64,000 bases of DNA, taken from the IMG/VR virus record IMGVR_UViG_3300009285_005630, one strand, 5' to 3'. Positions 8,578 through 17,878 of this stretch are shown piece after piece. Each line of letters opens with the position of its first letter. Position 1 is the first letter of the stretch. The notes beneath the pieces were generated by a model. The model was not told where the DNA came from and ran no database searches. It saw nothing but the letters and a program-made list of their open reading frames with translations. Position numbers and translations under genes: made by a program. The DNA comes from a virus.

Positions 8578-9117
8578 ATGGGCTATTCCACCACGGCTAT
8601 TGATCCCCAACGCGCCCTTGCCATCATTAAGGCACAGAAGATGCAACCGGTAGAATGGGCGCATAGCGTGTCCGGTTCCACACCGCCGCGCCTGGCCGCA
8701 ATCGCCAAGAATGTCCAGCATGCGGATCAGACTGACCACGAGCCCGCTAAGATCATTCTCTATCTGGGACCGGATGAGAATGAGTTCATTCAGTACGACG
8801 CCACAGCACAGGAGGAAAGTCTCATGGCCGATAGCCCCGTCCGCAAGATCCTGGAAGCCTACCACGCCAGCCAAGTTGCCAAGATACACACTGTCAAGGA
8901 ATCGGAGGCGTTTGACCACGCGGATGATCTGGACCGCATGGATCAGGTGTTTACCACTGTGCTGAAACGCATGGGGCTATCCTCGCCGGAAGTCCAATCC
9001 TTAGTCACCTCCGTTGGTGATATCGTGCGTGCCCGAATGGATGGTTCCTTGGACAAAATGGACCTCCTCCGCATCGAAAGGTACATTGCCAATCTGGTTG
9101 GAAAACTCTCCTCGTAA
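8578..9117 (+). CDS. Two-module hypothetical protein with divergent internal tag
   Basis: SD AAGGAG; internal EESLMADSPVRKILE. Confidence 0.55.
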   Translation: MGYSTTAIDPQRALAIIKAQKMQPVEWAHSVSGSTPPRLAAIAKNVQHADQTDHEPAKIILYLGPDENEFIQYDATAQEESLMADSPVRKILEAYHASQVAKIHTVKESEAFDHADDLDRMDQVFTTVLKRMGLSSPEVQSLVTSVGDIVRARMDGSLDKMDLLRIERYIANLVGKLSS

Positions 9118-9155
9118 AAGCCTTCATACACCTCCAGAACCGATACAGCCTTGTC

Positions 9156-9186
9156 GGGGGCTAAACCATCAGCCCCCACTTTGTAT
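9156..9186 (+). terminator. Probable intrinsic terminator ending the lysis/tagged-protein operon
   Basis: GGGGGCT-aaaccatc-AGCCCCC hairpin followed by ACTTTGTAT. Confidence 0.55.
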
Positions 9187-9984
9187 GTCTGAGTGACGCT
9201 TTGACATACGGAATATTTCCGTGTTATATCCACACCTATAACAAAAGTGTATCTAAACTACTGATATTTTCTACAGTTACTTGTGCAAACATACACAATG
9301 AATGCGCTGGTTAGTTGTACTAAGTCTTTAGTTGTCAATAACTGGCATAAGTTTATGGGAACTTGGTACACTTGTACTGTCTGCCAGCACAGTTATTTAA
9401 TATGTTATAGTCTATGTTGATCCTTCCGTGCTTGCCACATGAACTCGCGCGGAGGGGCCGGGATTTAGGCAAAAGAGGGAAAAGGAAGGAAGAAAACCCA
9501 TATAAGGAAAGATAGATAGATAAGAGAGTTTTAGATCGAAAACCTTCCAAGTAGCTTCGCTACTTGTTCAGGTTTTCTACCTCAGCTTTTCGTTTAGACT
9601 CGCAGAGTAGAAACAAAGTTTACTCTTATTTGCAACGGTTCTCTTCTCCAAACTCACTCCACGAGCCATTGGTACAGGTATGGGCTTTCTCTCCACTATC
9701 TCTCAACGCTCTTCCTGTACTTCCCTTCGTTCCGATTCCTTGTTCCTCTGCGAGACTCTTCACACCCTCCCAGCCCCCACGAGTCTCGGGTATTGGCAGG
9801 CGCAGTCCTCCCTCCCCCACCCTTGCGCCATGCCAATACGTTTCCGCTCCGCTGTTCGAGATGCAACCGTAAGCCGGGAGGTTTGGGCCAGCGCGCTAAC
9901 TCCAGGATTCCGCATCTTCCTCTTGACAAAAGCTATTTGGCGTGTTTTTATATAATCGAAATCTGAAAGGAGGCTATACAAGCC
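9187..9984. other. Long non-coding region with several hairpins and purine/pyrimidine-skewed tracts (candidate origin or ncRNA)
   Basis: No credible ORF; AT-rich first half; inverted repeats at 9548-9566, 9672-9720, 9751-9788 and 9790-9839. Confidence 0.5.
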
Positions 9985-10275
9985 ATGAAAGTAAAGATCG
10001 ATCTGAAAGTCCTGTTCGCGTTTTTCATTAAGGCCATTTATCCCGCTTTGAAGCATCTCTTCCTGACCATCGGGATGGACGGCTACAAGCGCGCGGTCGC
10101 GCTCGTCAAAGAGGCGGAAAGTCACACGGACTGGGACGGGGACACGAAGTACAAGTTCGTATACGACGGCCTGGTGGAGTGGTTTAAGGCCAAGGGGCGT
10201 GAGGTGAAGGAGAATCGCATCAATCTGCTCATCGAGCTGGCCGTGGAGATCCTGACTTCCGCCTTCGGAGGGTAG
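9985..10275 (+). CDS. Small membrane protein resembling LL-H-type phage holins
   Basis: Hydrophobic N-terminus, then KYKFVYDGLVEWFKAKG...INLLIELAV; SD AAAGGAGG. Confidence 0.45.
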   Translation: MKVKIDLKVLFAFFIKAIYPALKHLFLTIGMDGYKRAVALVKEAESHTDWDGDTKYKFVYDGLVEWFKAKGREVKENRINLLIELAVEILTSAFGG

Positions 10276-10276
10276 T

Positions 10277-10597
10277 ATGACCACGCGGAAGCACGAACTG
10301 GCGCACGCCCTTGAGCAGCAGTTGCCCCTCTCCCAGAAGCAAGCCCTGGAGGCGGTGAACGTCTTCATCCGGACGATTCGGGAATCGCTGAATCGGGATG
10401 AGGTCGTGGTCATTCGCGGGTTGGCGACTTTTGGCACCAAGATCGTCAAGGAACGGAATTACCGGAACCCCGTGGATGGTTCCCCGTTGACGGTTCCCGA
10501 GCATCGTGTCGTGACCTGCAAGATCGGGCGACGGCTCAATGACTTCATCCGGGGAACGGCGGAAGCGGAGGACGTGAACGAGACCGGCGAAGACTGA
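10277..10597 (+). CDS. HU/IHF-family DNA-binding protein
   Basis: KHELAHAL...VVIRGLATF...RNYRNPVDG...V pattern of HU. Confidence 0.9.
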   Translation: MTTRKHELAHALEQQLPLSQKQALEAVNVFIRTIRESLNRDEVVVIRGLATFGTKIVKERNYRNPVDGSPLTVPEHRVVTCKIGRRLNDFIRGTAEAEDVNETGED

Positions 10598-10650
10598 CCC
10601 ATTGTTTATCCCAGCGGGACCGCCCTCGTCCCGCTCCCCGCAACGGGGAT

Positions 10651-10680
10651 GGCGCGCTGCCTTCGGCGCGCCTTTTTATT
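10651..10680 (+). terminator. Intrinsic terminator
   Basis: GGCGCGC/GCGCGCC stem followed by TTTTTATT. Confidence 0.8.
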
Positions 10681-10683
10681 GTC

Positions 10684-10711
10684 TTGACAAACAAAAAAGT
10701 TATGGTATACT
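10684..10711 (+). promoter_or_regulatory. Sigma70-type promoter, probably leaderless transcript
   Basis: TTGACA-16-TATACT with TG extension; ATG 7 nt downstream. Confidence 0.75.
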
Positions 10712-10718
10712 CCCCGGC

Positions 10719-12362
10719 ATGTCACACGTAGAGATCACGGCGTCGAGGGCCGTGCCCAGCTTGGTACTGACGGTTTCGGGGAACACGACGCGGGTAGTGA
10801 CTACACTCCCGGCGTCGGTGATTGATGAACGTCTATCCATCGCGGATCCCACGGCGTGGTACTCGACGGCGTTTAACACATGCGGCAAGTGTGGATATCG
10901 CGGTAACGGGAAGTACAACCGGCGTCCATTCGATGGTGTGTTCCATTGCCTGAATGCTTCCTGTAAGGCGGTGGGCTGGACGAAGTGGGACGGGCGGAAG
11001 CATTTTTACAGCGTGGCCACACGCGGGTTCCCCACGGGGTTGCTGTGGGAGACCATGACCTGGCCGGACGCGGAGGGGCTCACGGTGAACGTGTCGGATT
11101 CCACAGGGGTCTATCCTCATCTGCCGCCGGAGTTTCTCCTCTACCGGGACATGGTGCTGGAACTGATTGGCGAGCAAAAGCCTCGTGATGTGCCCGCTTT
11201 CCTAGCCCGAAACGCCGCGTGCCTCCGGACTGTGTTCCCCGGTGTCATTCCCGACCAACTGGGAGACAAGGTGTTCCGCCCATATCAACGGGAGGCCGTC
11301 GAAGCCGCGTGCCTGATGGGTGGTGGAGTCGTGCATTCGCCAACGGGATCGGGAAAAAGTTTGATAGGTGCCGGAATACTCTACGCCTATGGTGGGGGCA
11401 TGCTGATTGTGAAGGGGCGTGACCTGCTGGCCCAATCGCGGGAGGTCTTTCACAAGTACCTGGGAGAGGAAATTGGCATCATCGGCGAGAATACGGTGGA
11501 CTACCGGAAATACACCGTAGCCTCGATTGACACACTGGATTCCCGCTCGGCGGATCCCGAAGTCAAGCGTATCCTCAAGACGGTTCCCGCCGTGGTGAAC
11601 GATGAAACCCATCATGCCACGTCCAAGACGTGGTACTCCGTCCTGATGAAAATCACCACGCCCCTGCATTGGGGGATGTCCGGCACCCCCTATCGCCGGA
11701 TGGTTGTGGAGGACATGAAACTATCCGCCGTGGTGGGTCCCCTGGTCTTCGATCTGCCGACGACGACACTCCAGGAGGCTGGGTATCTGTCCAAGGCCGT
11801 GCTGACTCTGGTGGACAACCAGGTCCCTTCGGATCGCGGCATGACCTGGCAAGCTGTGCGAAAATTCTCCGTTGTGGAAAATATCGAACGCAATGATACC
11901 ATCGTGCGCATGGCGGCCCAGCGTTCTGAAAGCGGGAAGAAAATACTCATTATCGTAGGAACTTCCATCGCGCATGGCCGCGCGCTGGAAACCCTTCTTC
12001 AGGAGCGACATCCTGCACTGCGCACGCGCTTTGTGGCGGCTACGGAAGACGGTGTGAAGGAGACGACGCGCCTACGCCACGAAATCAACTCAGGGGATGT
12101 GGACATTGCCATCGCCACGATCTGGTTAGATGAAGGAATAGACTGTCCAGACTTGGACTGCGTGCTGCTGGCATACGGGGGCAAGTCCTACGTGAAGATC
12201 GTGCAACGCATCGGACGGGGCCTGCGCCCGAAGGTCAACGGCGTGGAAGTGATAGACTTCAAGGACAAGGGATCACGGTTCTTATCCGCGCATTCAAGAG
12301 CGCGTCAGCGGTTCTACGAAGAGGAGGGAATTTTCATGGAGATTCAGGAAGTCGTGGTATGA
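10719..12362 (+). CDS. SF2 DExH helicase, UvsW-like, with N-terminal Cys cluster
   Basis: SPTGSGKS, DETHH, SGTP and QRIGRGLR motifs; CGKC...C...C near the N-terminus. Confidence 0.85.
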   Translation: MSHVEITASRAVPSLVLTVSGNTTRVVTTLPASVIDERLSIADPTAWYSTAFNTCGKCGYRGNGKYNRRPFDGVFHCLNASCKAVGWTKWDGRKHFYSVATRGFPTGLLWETMTWPDAEGLTVNVSDSTGVYPHLPPEFLLYRDMVLELIGEQKPRDVPAFLARNAACLRTVFPGVIPDQLGDKVFRPYQREAVEAACLMGGGVVHSPTGSGKSLIGAGILYAYGGGMLIVKGRDLLAQSREVFHKYLGEEIGIIGENTVDYRKYTVASIDTLDSRSADPEVKRILKTVPAVVNDETHHATSKTWYSVLMKITTPLHWGMSGTPYRRMVVEDMKLSAVVGPLVFDLPTTTLQEAGYLSKAVLTLVDNQVPSDRGMTWQAVRKFSVVENIERNDTIVRMAAQRSESGKKILIIVGTSIAHGRALETLLQERHPALRTRFVAATEDGVKETTRLRHEINSGDVDIAIATIWLDEGIDCPDLDCVLLAYGGKSYVKIVQRIGRGLRPKVNGVEVIDFKDKGSRFLSAHSRARQRFYEEEGIFMEIQEVVV

Positions 12363-12392
12363 GCGCACCAGGACAACGGACGCCGGTGTAAC

Positions 12393-12833
12393 GTGGGGGG
12401 CGCGATACCCGAAGTGGAGGAGGTCCGTCGGATCTACGAGGAGATGGTTTTTGTCAAGACGGGTCGCATTCACGTGTTTGGAAGACAGAAAACCTCCGTC
12501 ACGTATGAGCCCTACTTTCTCCGGCTCCTGGACCTCTGCCACCTGCACCGATGGTCGGTCAAGCGGTTTCTGGAAGCGCAAATGGTCATGTTCCGGCCTA
12601 CGCGGTTCCGAACGTACCCCACGCCGGACGTGCTGGTGACGCAGGGCGCGATTGACCGGTATCTGGCTTTTAAGCAGTTGGGCATACGCAAGGCTCCCTT
12701 GCTACGCGGCGACTTGCGCATGGAGGGCATTGCGATGGGGAAAGTCCTGCTGGCCCGCATCGCTCAAGCAACGGGGGAATCCGTGGAATCCATCGCTAAT
12801 GATCCCCTGCTCCGATTGACTGTGGCGGTCTGA
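12393..12833 (+). CDS. Hypothetical protein (replication cluster)
   Basis: ORF tightly packed between the helicases; start uncertain. Confidence 0.5.
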   Translation: MGGAIPEVEEVRRIYEEMVFVKTGRIHVFGRQKTSVTYEPYFLRLLDLCHLHRWSVKRFLEAQMVMFRPTRFRTYPTPDVLVTQGAIDRYLAFKQLGIRKAPLLRGDLRMEGIAMGKVLLARIAQATGESVESIANDPLLRLTVAV

Positions 12834-13225
12834 TGCTGACCATTAGGAAGATACTGAAAGCAGTCGCGCTTGGAAAGTTAAACCTGTCCAAGGAGACTTT
12901 AGACTATATTGTCTCCTTCCCGTTGAGTCATATACTATGCCTGATTGAAGGAGGTTCTTCCGCTGGAAACATCGTGGCGATTCCAATGAACCGGAGGAAT
13001 CGTCATCTGTGCCGCGTACAGAGTTTTGCGAGATTTTGGGGCTCCGAAGAAGGACAGGCTAAGATGCAAGTTTTGTTGGACAAAAACTTGGACTTTCCGG
13101 ACCGTCCTACACGTCCACGATCAGATGATAACATGTGGGTCCCCCCCACAGGACCTGAAAGACCCAACATTGATTTATCGCAACAGATAAAAGGATTTCC
13201 GTCGAAGGGAAAGACTAAGTGCTGA
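12833..13225 (+). CDS. Hypothetical protein
   Basis: Overlaps both neighbours at start and stop. Confidence 0.5.
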   Translation: MLTIRKILKAVALGKLNLSKETLDYIVSFPLSHILCLIEGGSSAGNIVAIPMNRRNRHLCRVQSFARFWGSEEGQAKMQVLLDKNLDFPDRPTRPRSDDNMWVPPTGPERPNIDLSQQIKGFPSKGKTKC

Positions 13226-14484
13226 TCCTCGACACGTTCAAGGCCGTTCTGGAAAGCGAGGAGGTGTTCGGGTTGTTCGCCGGGCACTGGTCCGACGTAT
13301 TCCGGGGCTACGACGGCGTGGACGTGTTGGCGGAGATCACGGATAAATTCTACGGGAATCACCAGACACGCCCCTCGTACACAGAGATGCGCCGGGAACT
13401 GGACGCGCTGGTCCTGCGGGGGTCTGATGGGAATTTCCTACGCCCTCTGCTGGAGAAGATGGAGGCGCAACCGCTTCCTGTATCCGAAGTGCGTGCGCTC
13501 CGGTCCCATGCCTTGGAGTTTGCGCGCGCCTCGAAGATGAAGGCGGAACTAACGGCGGCGATTGACGCCCTGGCCCGTGATGGGTGTGACGCGGCGGCCG
13601 AGCACCTTTCGGGAGCACTGCGCACGGACACGCTGTTGAAGAATCGCGGCGTCGGCAAGGAGATGTACGAGTACACAAACATTGTGGACCGCCTGATGCG
13701 CTGGATGGCGGCCAGCCATGAGGGCGGGCTGATGCCGTTGTCCACGGGGATCTCGGAACTGGATGAACAGATTGGCGGTGGGATCTTCCGCCGGGAATTG
13801 AACGTCTGGATGGGACCACCAAAGTCCGGGAAAACAGCGGCGTTGATCCACCTTTCCAAAATTGCCTTGTTCATGCGCAAGAACACCCTGTACGTGTCCC
13901 TGGAAATGAGTGAGGAGAAGATCGCGCGGCGCTTTGACCAAACGTTCACGGGCCGGACGCGGGAGGAGTTGACATCAGAGGACGTGCTGTCATCGGAACT
14001 GGAGGCGGCTCTACGGAAGTACACGGGACGGCTGTGCATCGTGCATTACCCCGGCGGCTCCATCGGCGTCCAGGACATTGGGGCCATCATTGACGATCAC
14101 GCCTCGCGCGGATTTCAGACTGAACTCCTGGTCGTGGACTATGGGGATGAGCTGATGCCATCCCGCCGGTACAACGAGAAGCGGCACGAGCACAAAGACA
14201 CGTTCCAGGAACTACGCAAGCTGGCCGACGAGCGGAACTTGTACATGTGGACGGCGACTCAGGCGGGACGGAAAGGCGCGCAAAAGGAGTGGCTTGACCA
14301 GGAGGATGTGGCGGAAGCCTATGGCAAGGCGATGGTGGCGGACCTGCTGGTCGGGGGTTTGCGCAAGAGTGACGACGCGGACGTATTCGGCATCAGCTTG
14401 GCGGCCAACCGTGGCGGGCGCACGGGCCATCGCTTCCGCATCCTCCAGGACCTTTCCAGGATGCAATTCGTGAGGATGAAGTAA
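13219..14484 (+). CDS. Replicative DnaB/gp41-like helicase
   Basis: Walker A GPPKSGKT, YVSLEM, VVDYGD and TATQ motifs. Confidence 0.9.
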   Translation: MLILDTFKAVLESEEVFGLFAGHWSDVFRGYDGVDVLAEITDKFYGNHQTRPSYTEMRRELDALVLRGSDGNFLRPLLEKMEAQPLPVSEVRALRSHALEFARASKMKAELTAAIDALARDGCDAAAEHLSGALRTDTLLKNRGVGKEMYEYTNIVDRLMRWMAASHEGGLMPLSTGISELDEQIGGGIFRRELNVWMGPPKSGKTAALIHLSKIALFMRKNTLYVSLEMSEEKIARRFDQTFTGRTREELTSEDVLSSELEAALRKYTGRLCIVHYPGGSIGVQDIGAIIDDHASRGFQTELLVVDYGDELMPSRRYNEKRHEHKDTFQELRKLADERNLYMWTATQAGRKGAQKEWLDQEDVAEAYGKAMVADLLVGGLRKSDDADVFGISLAANRGGRTGHRFRILQDLSRMQFVRMK

Positions 14485-14491
14485 ACTGCCT

Positions 14492-15379
14492 ATGAAAATT
14501 CTTGACCTGGTAACCAGACTCCCCAAACATCACGTCACCACCGATGGGAAGAACGCGGTCTTGTGTTGCTTTTTGCCGGGGTGCCGGGACACGAAGGGGC
14601 ACATGTATCTCCACCTTGGCTCAGGGCTGTTCCAATGTTACAAGTGCTCCGGCAAGGGGGCGTTCCGAAAGTTCTTGCATGCGTACAACGACGCTTTTGG
14701 GACGGATTATCATCCAGACCAATTTGACCGGCAACTCATGGACCGGCTTTTGGCGCGATTGCCGAAGGTGGAGCCGGACGTACCTGTGGGTGCGTTGCCG
14801 GAAGGCTATCGGCCCGTGTGGCTGGACGGCTACTTGGCTGATGTGGCGCGGCGTTATTTGACTTCCCGGAATGTCACGCCGGACGAATGGCGGGTGTATG
14901 AAATCGGGTATGCCTTTTCAGGACCCTGCGCGCACCGCGTCATATTCCCCATTCGGGAATCCGGCAAGGTCATCAATTGGGCGGCGCGGGCATGGACGCC
15001 AGACCGGGAACCGAAGATGCTCATGGACGCCAACTCCGGCAAGGACTGCCTGTTCAATTTCGACCGCGCGCTGGCCTTTGATGAATGCGTCGTTGTTGAA
15101 GGCCCATTCGATTCGATCCGTACGGGATATAATGCCGTGGCGTTGTTGGGGAAATCGGCGTCCCCCGGACAGATGCGAAAGCTGGTCCAAGGCAATTGGA
15201 AGAGGATATACTTCTGCTTGGACGCGGATACGCGGTTGACGGAGCGCCTGGCATTGGCTAAACGCATGGCGACGTATACGGAAACCTACATCCTCAATCT
15301 GCCGACCGGCGATCCTGGCAGCTTACCCGTGGGCGCGATGCAACGTCTGCTCCCCACGGCGGAACGTGTGTATTTTTAA
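14492..15379 (+). CDS. DNA primase (zinc finger plus TOPRIM)
   Basis: CC...C...H...CYKC zinc-binding region; VVVEGPFD and CLDAD TOPRIM motifs. Confidence 0.85.
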   Translation: MKILDLVTRLPKHHVTTDGKNAVLCCFLPGCRDTKGHMYLHLGSGLFQCYKCSGKGAFRKFLHAYNDAFGTDYHPDQFDRQLMDRLLARLPKVEPDVPVGALPEGYRPVWLDGYLADVARRYLTSRNVTPDEWRVYEIGYAFSGPCAHRVIFPIRESGKVINWAARAWTPDREPKMLMDANSGKDCLFNFDRALAFDECVVVEGPFDSIRTGYNAVALLGKSASPGQMRKLVQGNWKRIYFCLDADTRLTERLALAKRMATYTETYILNLPTGDPGSLPVGAMQRLLPTAERVYF

Positions 15380-15390
15380 TCGGGGGTCAA

Positions 15391-17868
15391 ATGATCTGCT
15401 CACAGTGTGGCTTGCGCGTTGAATGCCGAGCGCCCGTTCCGGCGGAGATCGGGGATAACTACTCGGGCTTGTTGATTGTCGGCGAAGCGCCCGGTCGCGC
15501 CGAAGATGCTAAGGGGCGTCCGTTCATCGGGGAATCCGGTGAACTGCTCATGGAGATCATGAAAGAGTCTGGCATCGCGCGAGATACCGTGTCTATCTCT
15601 AATATCTGCCGGTGCTTCCCCTCCATCCAAAAGACGCCTTCCCCGGAGCAGGCGGCTGTCTGTACGCAGGCGTGGCTACTGGATGAGATCACTGCGCTGG
15701 AACCGAAGGTCATCCTGGCCTTAGGGAAGCTGGCGGCCGTGTTCTTCTCCGGGAACGCTAAAATCAAGATCGCGAAGGCGTCCGGGACCGTGGTGAAGTG
15801 GTTGCATCCCGTCACGCAAAAAGAATACGCCGTCGTGCTTGGCGTTCATCCCGCCTATGTCCTGCGCAATCCGGCTGACGTGCCATTGCTTTCCCAAGCC
15901 GTCCAGGTTGCCATGCGGGAACAGCGCGGATCCAGCGTCACCGTGCCGATGGACCTCTTGGACCTGACGCCCATGTTGATGCACCCGGATACAACGGAGC
16001 AGGACCTGAGTTCCATGCTGCCCTTTTTGCAGGATCCCGACGTGTCTGTGGTGATGGATCTGGAAACGTCTCGCAAGGAACCCTATGCGCCGGACGCATT
16101 CATTGTCAGCATGGCCTTTACGGTTTCCAAGCCTTTACCTTCCGGCGGAATGGATGAGGTATATTTTGTCCTATGGAGACATGACGACGGCGGCGCGTGG
16201 GAGTCCCCCGGTGGGCAGAAATTCCTCACCCTCCTACGGGAGTCACGATGCGGATGGATTGGTCACCACGTCAAATTTGACGCTTGGTTTACGACGGCAC
16301 ATTGGGCCTGGCGACCAAGAATTGTCTACGACACGATGATTGCGCACTCGTTGACGGAGGAGTCCTCGGCCAGCTTGAAAAAGATAGCGTGGAGCCTGAC
16401 GCCCTACGGAGGGTATGAGGAGGCGTTGGATTACGACATAGAGCAGGGCATGCAGCATTGCCCGCTCGACAACCTGCGCTATTACAACGGGGCGGACGTG
16501 GTGGTGGCCAACTTCATTTACCGCCGGTTCATCCGGGAGCGGAGATTGAAGGGGGCGCAACGCACGGTTGTCATGGATCAAATTCTTGCTCCAGCGTCTA
16601 TGGCCGTGCCGGATATGGAATCCGGCGGGATCCGCATTGACGTGTCGGCGTTGCAGGAAAAGAAGGTCAGCTATGCCACGCGCATTATCGAACTGGACGG
16701 ACGGATTCGCTGGCACGCGGAAGTGGAACGCGCTATCGCTAAGGGGGTAATCTCTCGTGACGCCGTGGCGGAGATGAACATCGCCTCCTCAGAACAGCTT
16801 GGAACCCTCTTGTACGGAGTTCTGGGCTATCCCATCGTGAAGGAGACGGCTGGAGGGAAAACAGGCCATGCTCGCCCCAGCACGGACAAGGAGGCGTTGA
16901 AACTCCTGTCACAGCAGACGGGGCCTGAGGGTGTGGCTGGGCTGTTACTGGAATACCGGCGACTGAGTAAGTTGAAAACCACGTACTTGGATGGCCTGGA
17001 GGCCGCCGTGGTCAACGGACGTGTGTACCCAACATACTGGATCGCCCGGTATGACGACGGTAAGGATCACGGCGGCACCGTGACGGGACGGCTATCGTGT
17101 TCAAATCCGAGTCTTCACACCATTCCCCGCGACTCGGATATCAAGGAACTGTTCCTACCTGAGGAAGATGAATTCCTGTGCGTGGTGGACTTTAGCCAAC
17201 TGGAGGTGCGCGTGGTATCCGTGCTAGCGCAGGATGCTCGCATGCGGGCATTCTTTCTGTCTGGCCAGGACTTGCATCGTCAGGTCGCGGCGGCCATTGG
17301 CAAGAAGCCCCCTGAGGACGTGACAGACGAGGAACGCAAGCGCGCCAAGACCATCACCTTTGGACTGTTGTACGGGAAGGAACCGCAGTCATTGTCCGTG
17401 GACCTGGGAATAACCCTGTTGGAGGCGCAGAAATTTTACAGGGAGTACTTCCAGACGTTCCCGGATGTGGCGCGGTGGCGTGAGGAGGCCATGGCATTTG
17501 CGCGCAAGCACGGTTGGTGCGCCACCCCACTGGGGCGCATCCGAACCCTGCAAGGATTCTCTGATTCTGAGCGGGATCGGAGATCCGTGAATAGTCCCAT
17601 CCAAAGCACGGCCTCCGATATCTGCTTGAACTCCCTTGTTCGGCTCTATGCGTTCCTGCGCGCGGAGGAATTGGGAACAACCTTGCGTGGAACCGTGCAT
17701 GATTCCATCCTGTTGTCGGTTCCTGAGAAGGAACTGGATATGATCCCGGAGTACAAGCGCCGGTGTGAGGACGTGCCATTCCCTGAGTTGACGGAGTTTG
17801 GGATTCCGTTCTCCCTGGACGTGCAGCTTGGCATGAACTGGGGTAACACTGAAAAGATATTGGGCTGA
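15391..17868 (+). CDS. Family-A DNA polymerase with N-terminal family-4 UDG-like domain and 3'-5' exonuclease
   Basis: VGEAPG..ED..GRPFIGESG, HPAYVLR (UDG); DLET (exonuclease); DFSQLEVR, RAKTITFGLLYG and VHDS (Pol A motifs A/B/C). Confidence 0.92.
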   Translation: MICSQCGLRVECRAPVPAEIGDNYSGLLIVGEAPGRAEDAKGRPFIGESGELLMEIMKESGIARDTVSISNICRCFPSIQKTPSPEQAAVCTQAWLLDEITALEPKVILALGKLAAVFFSGNAKIKIAKASGTVVKWLHPVTQKEYAVVLGVHPAYVLRNPADVPLLSQAVQVAMREQRGSSVTVPMDLLDLTPMLMHPDTTEQDLSSMLPFLQDPDVSVVMDLETSRKEPYAPDAFIVSMAFTVSKPLPSGGMDEVYFVLWRHDDGGAWESPGGQKFLTLLRESRCGWIGHHVKFDAWFTTAHWAWRPRIVYDTMIAHSLTEESSASLKKIAWSLTPYGGYEEALDYDIEQGMQHCPLDNLRYYNGADVVVANFIYRRFIRERRLKGAQRTVVMDQILAPASMAVPDMESGGIRIDVSALQEKKVSYATRIIELDGRIRWHAEVERAIAKGVISRDAVAEMNIASSEQLGTLLYGVLGYPIVKETAGGKTGHARPSTDKEALKLLSQQTGPEGVAGLLLEYRRLSKLKTTYLDGLEAAVVNGRVYPTYWIARYDDGKDHGGTVTGRLSCSNPSLHTIPRDSDIKELFLPEEDEFLCVVDFSQLEVRVVSVLAQDARMRAFFLSGQDLHRQVAAAIGKKPPEDVTDEERKRAKTITFGLLYGKEPQSLSVDLGITLLEAQKFYREYFQTFPDVARWREEAMAFARKHGWCATPLGRIRTLQGFSDSERDRRSVNSPIQSTASDICLNSLVRLYAFLRAEELGTTLRGTVHDSILLSVPEKELDMIPEYKRRCEDVPFPELTEFGIPFSLDVQLGMNWGNTEKILG

Positions 17869-17878
17869 GGAGAAAATT

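Noticed and set aside
10602-10718. Longer helicase start given by the ORF track
   Set aside because: This stretch contains the terminator and promoter; the ATG at 10719 fits better.
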